NCBI GenBank assembly: GCA_964057225.1 | Contig: OZ059898.1 | Coordinates: forward strand, 11,284,001 to 11,348,000 | DNA from: Auanema rhodensis | Lineage: Eukaryota > Animalia > Nematoda | Direction of reading: 5' to 3' | DNA length: 64,000 nt | Shown here: piece after piece, positions 60,882-64,000 of the stretch | How positions within the stretch are numbered: the first letter of the stretch is position 1 | Layout: every line of letters begins with the position of its first letter | Program-made: the position numbers and the translations under genes | The notes under the pieces: model-generated | Database searches by the model: none | The model's input: the letters and a program-made list of their open reading frames with translations, nothing else | What the model was told of the DNA's origin: nothing

Positions 60882-63800
60882 TCATCGTCTTCTTCTTGGT
60901 GGTAGCCAATTTTGGTCCGATGGGTCTTCTGGTTCTGTTTCTTCAGTAGAGTCATAGTTATCGTTACCATTTATGACTTTTATGATCTCAATATCGCTGT
61001 CGTCGTCCGTGTCATAAGTCGTTGTATTGGATCGCGTGTTTTGAGCGATTGTATGGTCCATTTTGCGTTCAAAAAGTTTGAGATTGTCTTTGTGTACGTC
61101 TTGAATTTTTCCAAATGGATTCTTGAGTTGTACCATGTTTCCTTCAACGTTGATGACTTCAAATGGTCCATCATATGATTTGCGAAGCTTTTGACCTGGT
61201 TTATGCGCTTTAATTGCTAACATAACTTGGTCTCCTTTTCGGATATCTCTTTCTTCTATTCGTTGTCGTCCATCATGTTTTCTCTTCGCGGTTTCTTGAT
61301 GTTTTGCAAGATTTTCTTGAATTATGGTTCTTCTTTCTCCTCTGATATATTCGGTATTCTCAATTTCTTCCAAGATCTCTGGTTGTAATGTCTCGGGGAA
61401 TAATTCTTTGTCTAATCTCATACGACTTTCTTTTCCGAATAATGCTATGTATGGAGAGATTCCTGTGGTTGCGTGTGTTATTGTATTTAACGCAAAAGTA
61501 ATTTTTGGTAAATACATGTCCCAATCGGTTACGTCTTCGTTGAGATAGTGTGTTAATCCTTCTTCTAGCGTTCTGTATAGTCTTTCGACTTGTCCATTAG
61601 AGTTTTTCTGATGTGGGAGTGTTGGCTCGTGTTTAATGCCAAGTTTTTCACACATTTCTTCAAATTTCTTTGATACAAAATTAGATCCACGATCGGTTAT
61701 TAAACGATTTGGTGGTCCAAAAATATATACGAAATTCCTGAGGAATCTATCAATGATGACATCGGTGACAATTGTTGGTATAGCGATGGTTGTCGCCCAT
61801 TTGGAGAATGAATCTTGTATTGTTAGGACATAATTGTTGTTTCTTTTTGAAGTAGGGAATGGTCCCATAATATCCATATGTATTCTCTCAAATGGTTTTG
61901 ATGGTATTTCAAATTGACCCATAGGCTGAACGGTCATAGCGTGAGGATCTTTCTTCCTTTGTGCGCATTTAACGCATTGTTTCACAAAAATTGCTATGTC
62001 CGTTTGCATATTTGTCCAGCAGAATCTTCGTAGTATGGCTTCTTTAGTTTTGTTAATTCCTTGATGTGCTCCAATTGCTGGGTCTTCGTGAAATTCTTCG
62101 ATAACCTTGTTGATAAGTTCGCTTTCCCTTGGTAAAATCAAAGCTGGGTGTGGTCGTTTTCTGCTTGGTTTTGTGTATAACATGTTGTCAATGACACAAT
62201 AACGATCATTAGAAAGCATGTTCTTTTTCGCTCTGTATTCTATTTCGGCGATAGTTCTCTTTATCCAAGGTGTATCCTCTTGAATTGCTCTAATGTCAGG
62301 TACATTAACGAAATTAATTTGAGCTTTCGGAATTTCTTTTGTTTTCTTTTTCTTTTCCGGTTTAGGATCGTTTGCTTCATCTCCAATGTATCGTGAGAGA
62401 GCATCACAGACTTTGTTTAGTCTGCCTTCTCGGTATCTTATCTCGATATCGTATTCCTGTATGACTAATTGAAATTTTGCTAGTCTTCCAAAAAGGTCTC
62501 TACGAGTCAATAAGCTTGTTAATGGTCGATGGTCTGTGATACAGATTGTATGTGATCCAAGTATATATGTTCGAAACTGAGCTAAAGCGTATACGAGTCC
62601 TAACGCTTCTATTTCAATAGGAGCATAGTTGCGTTCCGCTTTTACAAGTTTACGGCTTGCAAATGCAATTGGATGTAAATTTTTGAGTGGTTCATTGGGA
62701 TCTTCAGGTTGTAATAACACTGCTCCCACTGCGATATTACTACCGTCACTTTCTATAATGAACATACGGTCTGATCTTGGTGGTTTTAAGACCGGTGCTT
62801 GGATCAATTTTCTTTTTAATGTATCAACAGCTTGTTGACTTTTGTCATTCCATTGGAATTCCACATCAAGTTTTGTAAGGTCGTATAAAGGGCTTGCGAT
62901 GTGTGCAAAATCCTTAATAAATTTCCGAAAAAATCCTACCATTCCCAAAAATGCTCTTACTCCTGTAGGTGACTTTGGAGCAGGATAGTCTTGAATGGCG
63001 GATACTTTCTGTGGATCTGGTTTGACTCCATCTCTTCCGACAATTAAACCAAGAAATTTTACTTCAGGTCTTGCAAAAGCGCATTTCTTGAGTTTAATTT
63101 TCATGCCTAATTTCTTTACTTCTCTGAGAATCTCAGCTATATCGTCAAGATGTTGTTCTGCAGTGTCTGATATAACAAGTAAATCATCCAAATAAACAAA
63201 GAGTCGGCATTTACATCGGCTTTGAAGGTATCGCACTGCTGTTTGAAAGGTATGTGGCGCTCCACATAACCCCATAGGCATCCTTCTATATTGATAAGTA
63301 CCGGTGTTTGTTGTAAATGCTGTTAATGGTCGATCTGATTTCTTTAATGCTATTTGGAAGAATCCGGATACTAAATCAAAGTTAGAAAAATATTGTGATC
63401 CGGCTGCCATATCGACAATGTCAGAGATGTTAGGTATGATGTACGTTTGCTTGCGAGTGACGTTATTTAGAGCACGGAAATCGGTTACGAAACGGAATGT
63501 TTCATCTTTCTTTTTGACTAAAACTACAGGGCTATTGAAAAGAGATGTGGATGGTTCAATTATATTTTGCTTCAGCATCTCCTGTACCTGTCTTTCGACT
63601 TCTTCTTGTTTGCCTATAGGGATACGCGTTATACGCGGTCTAGGCATGTCCATATCTGTTCTTAGAGGTATTGAATGCTCTACAGGTCCTTTAAATAGTC
63701 CTATTTGTTTATCCTCATTTAAAAATGCATCTCTATTACGTAGAATACAAAGCTGAAGAAGATCTTTTTGTTCTTTAGTTAGGTCGGCGTCTTTTAAATC

Positions 63801-63989
63801 AAGATCGTTCATAAAGTCCTGAGGAAAATGAGGTAATTTATTTTCCCAATCCGCTTCGGGTGGTATATAGTCTGGATTGTGTTCGGTCGTAAAGATCTCG
63901 TATTGTGGCAGTACGCCTATTTTTGCTTTGTCAATAATGTTTCCGGGTGATAGATCTATAGGATGATCAGTGTTGTTTTTGAATGTCAT
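60882..63989 (-). CDS. Gypsy Pol polyprotein (RT, RNase H, integrase), 5'-partial
   Basis: SPVVLVKKKDETFRFVTDFRALN, DLVSGFFQI, MPMGL, YLDD; RNase H ESDGS...PIAFASRKL, TDHRPL; HHCC finger and DDE core (HMDIMGP, TDRGSNF, NGQVER). The frame stays open to the window edge. Confidence 0.96.
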   Translation of the reverse strand: MTFKNNTDHPIDLSPGNIIDKAKIGVLPQYEIFTTEHNPDYIPPEADWENKLPHFPQDFMNDLDLKDADLTKEQKDLLQLCILRNRDAFLNEDKQIGLFKGPVEHSIPLRTDMDMPRPRITRIPIGKQEEVERQVQEMLKQNIIEPSTSLFNSPVVLVKKKDETFRFVTDFRALNNVTRKQTYIIPNISDIVDMAAGSQYFSNFDLVSGFFQIALKKSDRPLTAFTTNTGTYQYRRMPMGLCGAPHTFQTAVRYLQSRCKCRLFVYLDDLLVISDTAEQHLDDIAEILREVKKLGMKIKLKKCAFARPEVKFLGLIVGRDGVKPDPQKVSAIQDYPAPKSPTGVRAFLGMVGFFRKFIKDFAHIASPLYDLTKLDVEFQWNDKSQQAVDTLKRKLIQAPVLKPPRSDRMFIIESDGSNIAVGAVLLQPEDPNEPLKNLHPIAFASRKLVKAERNYAPIEIEALGLVYALAQFRTYILGSHTICITDHRPLTSLLTRRDLFGRLAKFQLVIQEYDIEIRYREGRLNKVCDALSRYIGDEANDPKPEKKKKTKEIPKAQINFVNVPDIRAIQEDTPWIKRTIAEIEYRAKKNMLSNDRYCVIDNMLYTKPSRKRPHPALILPRESELINKVIEEFHEDPAIGAHQGINKTKEAILRRFCWTNMQTDIAIFVKQCVKCAQRKKDPHAMTVQPMGQFEIPSKPFERIHMDIMGPFPTSKRNNNYVLTIQDSFSKWATTIAIPTIVTDVIIDRFLRNFVYIFGPPNRLITDRGSNFVSKKFEEMCEKLGIKHEPTLPHQKNSNGQVERLYRTLEEGLTHYLNEDVTDWDMYLPKITFALNTITHATTGISPYIALFGKESRMRLDKELFPETLQPEILEEIENTEYIRGERRTIIQENLAKHQETAKRKHDGRQRIEERDIRKGDQVMLAIKAHKPGQKLRKSYDGPFEVINVEGNMVQLKNPFGKIQDVHKDNLKLFERKMDHTIAQNTRSNTTTYDTDDDSDIEIIKVINGNDNYDSTEETEPEDPSDQNWLPPRRRR

Positions 63990-64000
63990 GGTAATTGAAT

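Larger units (their letters stand above)
59844..64000 (-). mobile_element. Ty3/Gypsy LTR retrotransposon, 3' portion (continues beyond window)
   Basis: pol in RT-RNaseH-integrase order, ~690-bp AT-rich 3' region, putative LTR abutting the tRNA spacer. Confidence 0.92.

Overview
AT-rich eukaryotic DNA with short GT-AG introns and TTTCAG acceptors; gene content points to a nematode. The first ~26.9 kb is ordinary genic DNA with six spliced genes: class 3 lipase (+), WD40 protein (-), PLP/M6-like tetraspan (-), flavin monooxygenase (+), ZP-domain cuticlin (-) and an unknown 2-TM protein (-). From 26,887 to 59,843 lies a tandem array of a 189-bp unit carrying an 82-nt tRNA-Ser(AGA) gene: about 122 full-length copies plus 6 broken fragments, in two convergent arms. 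Three transposon superfamilies have invaded it. (i) Two near-identical Mutator/MULE DNA transposons have junctions in the tRNA B-box and A-box, the second sits exactly where the array switches strand, and the transposase carries a long poly-Ser tract coded almost entirely by TCT, the cognate codon of the host tRNA. (ii) An internally deleted BEL/Pao LTR element with a 5-bp TSD in the tRNA variable arm has lost gag/pol but keeps an open phlebovirus-like envelope ORF and a separate triple zinc-knuckle ORF. (iii) A Ty3/Gypsy element has its 3' LTR about 30 bp upstream of the last tRNA gene. Coordinates, counts and exon structures were derived by hand; no database searches were run.
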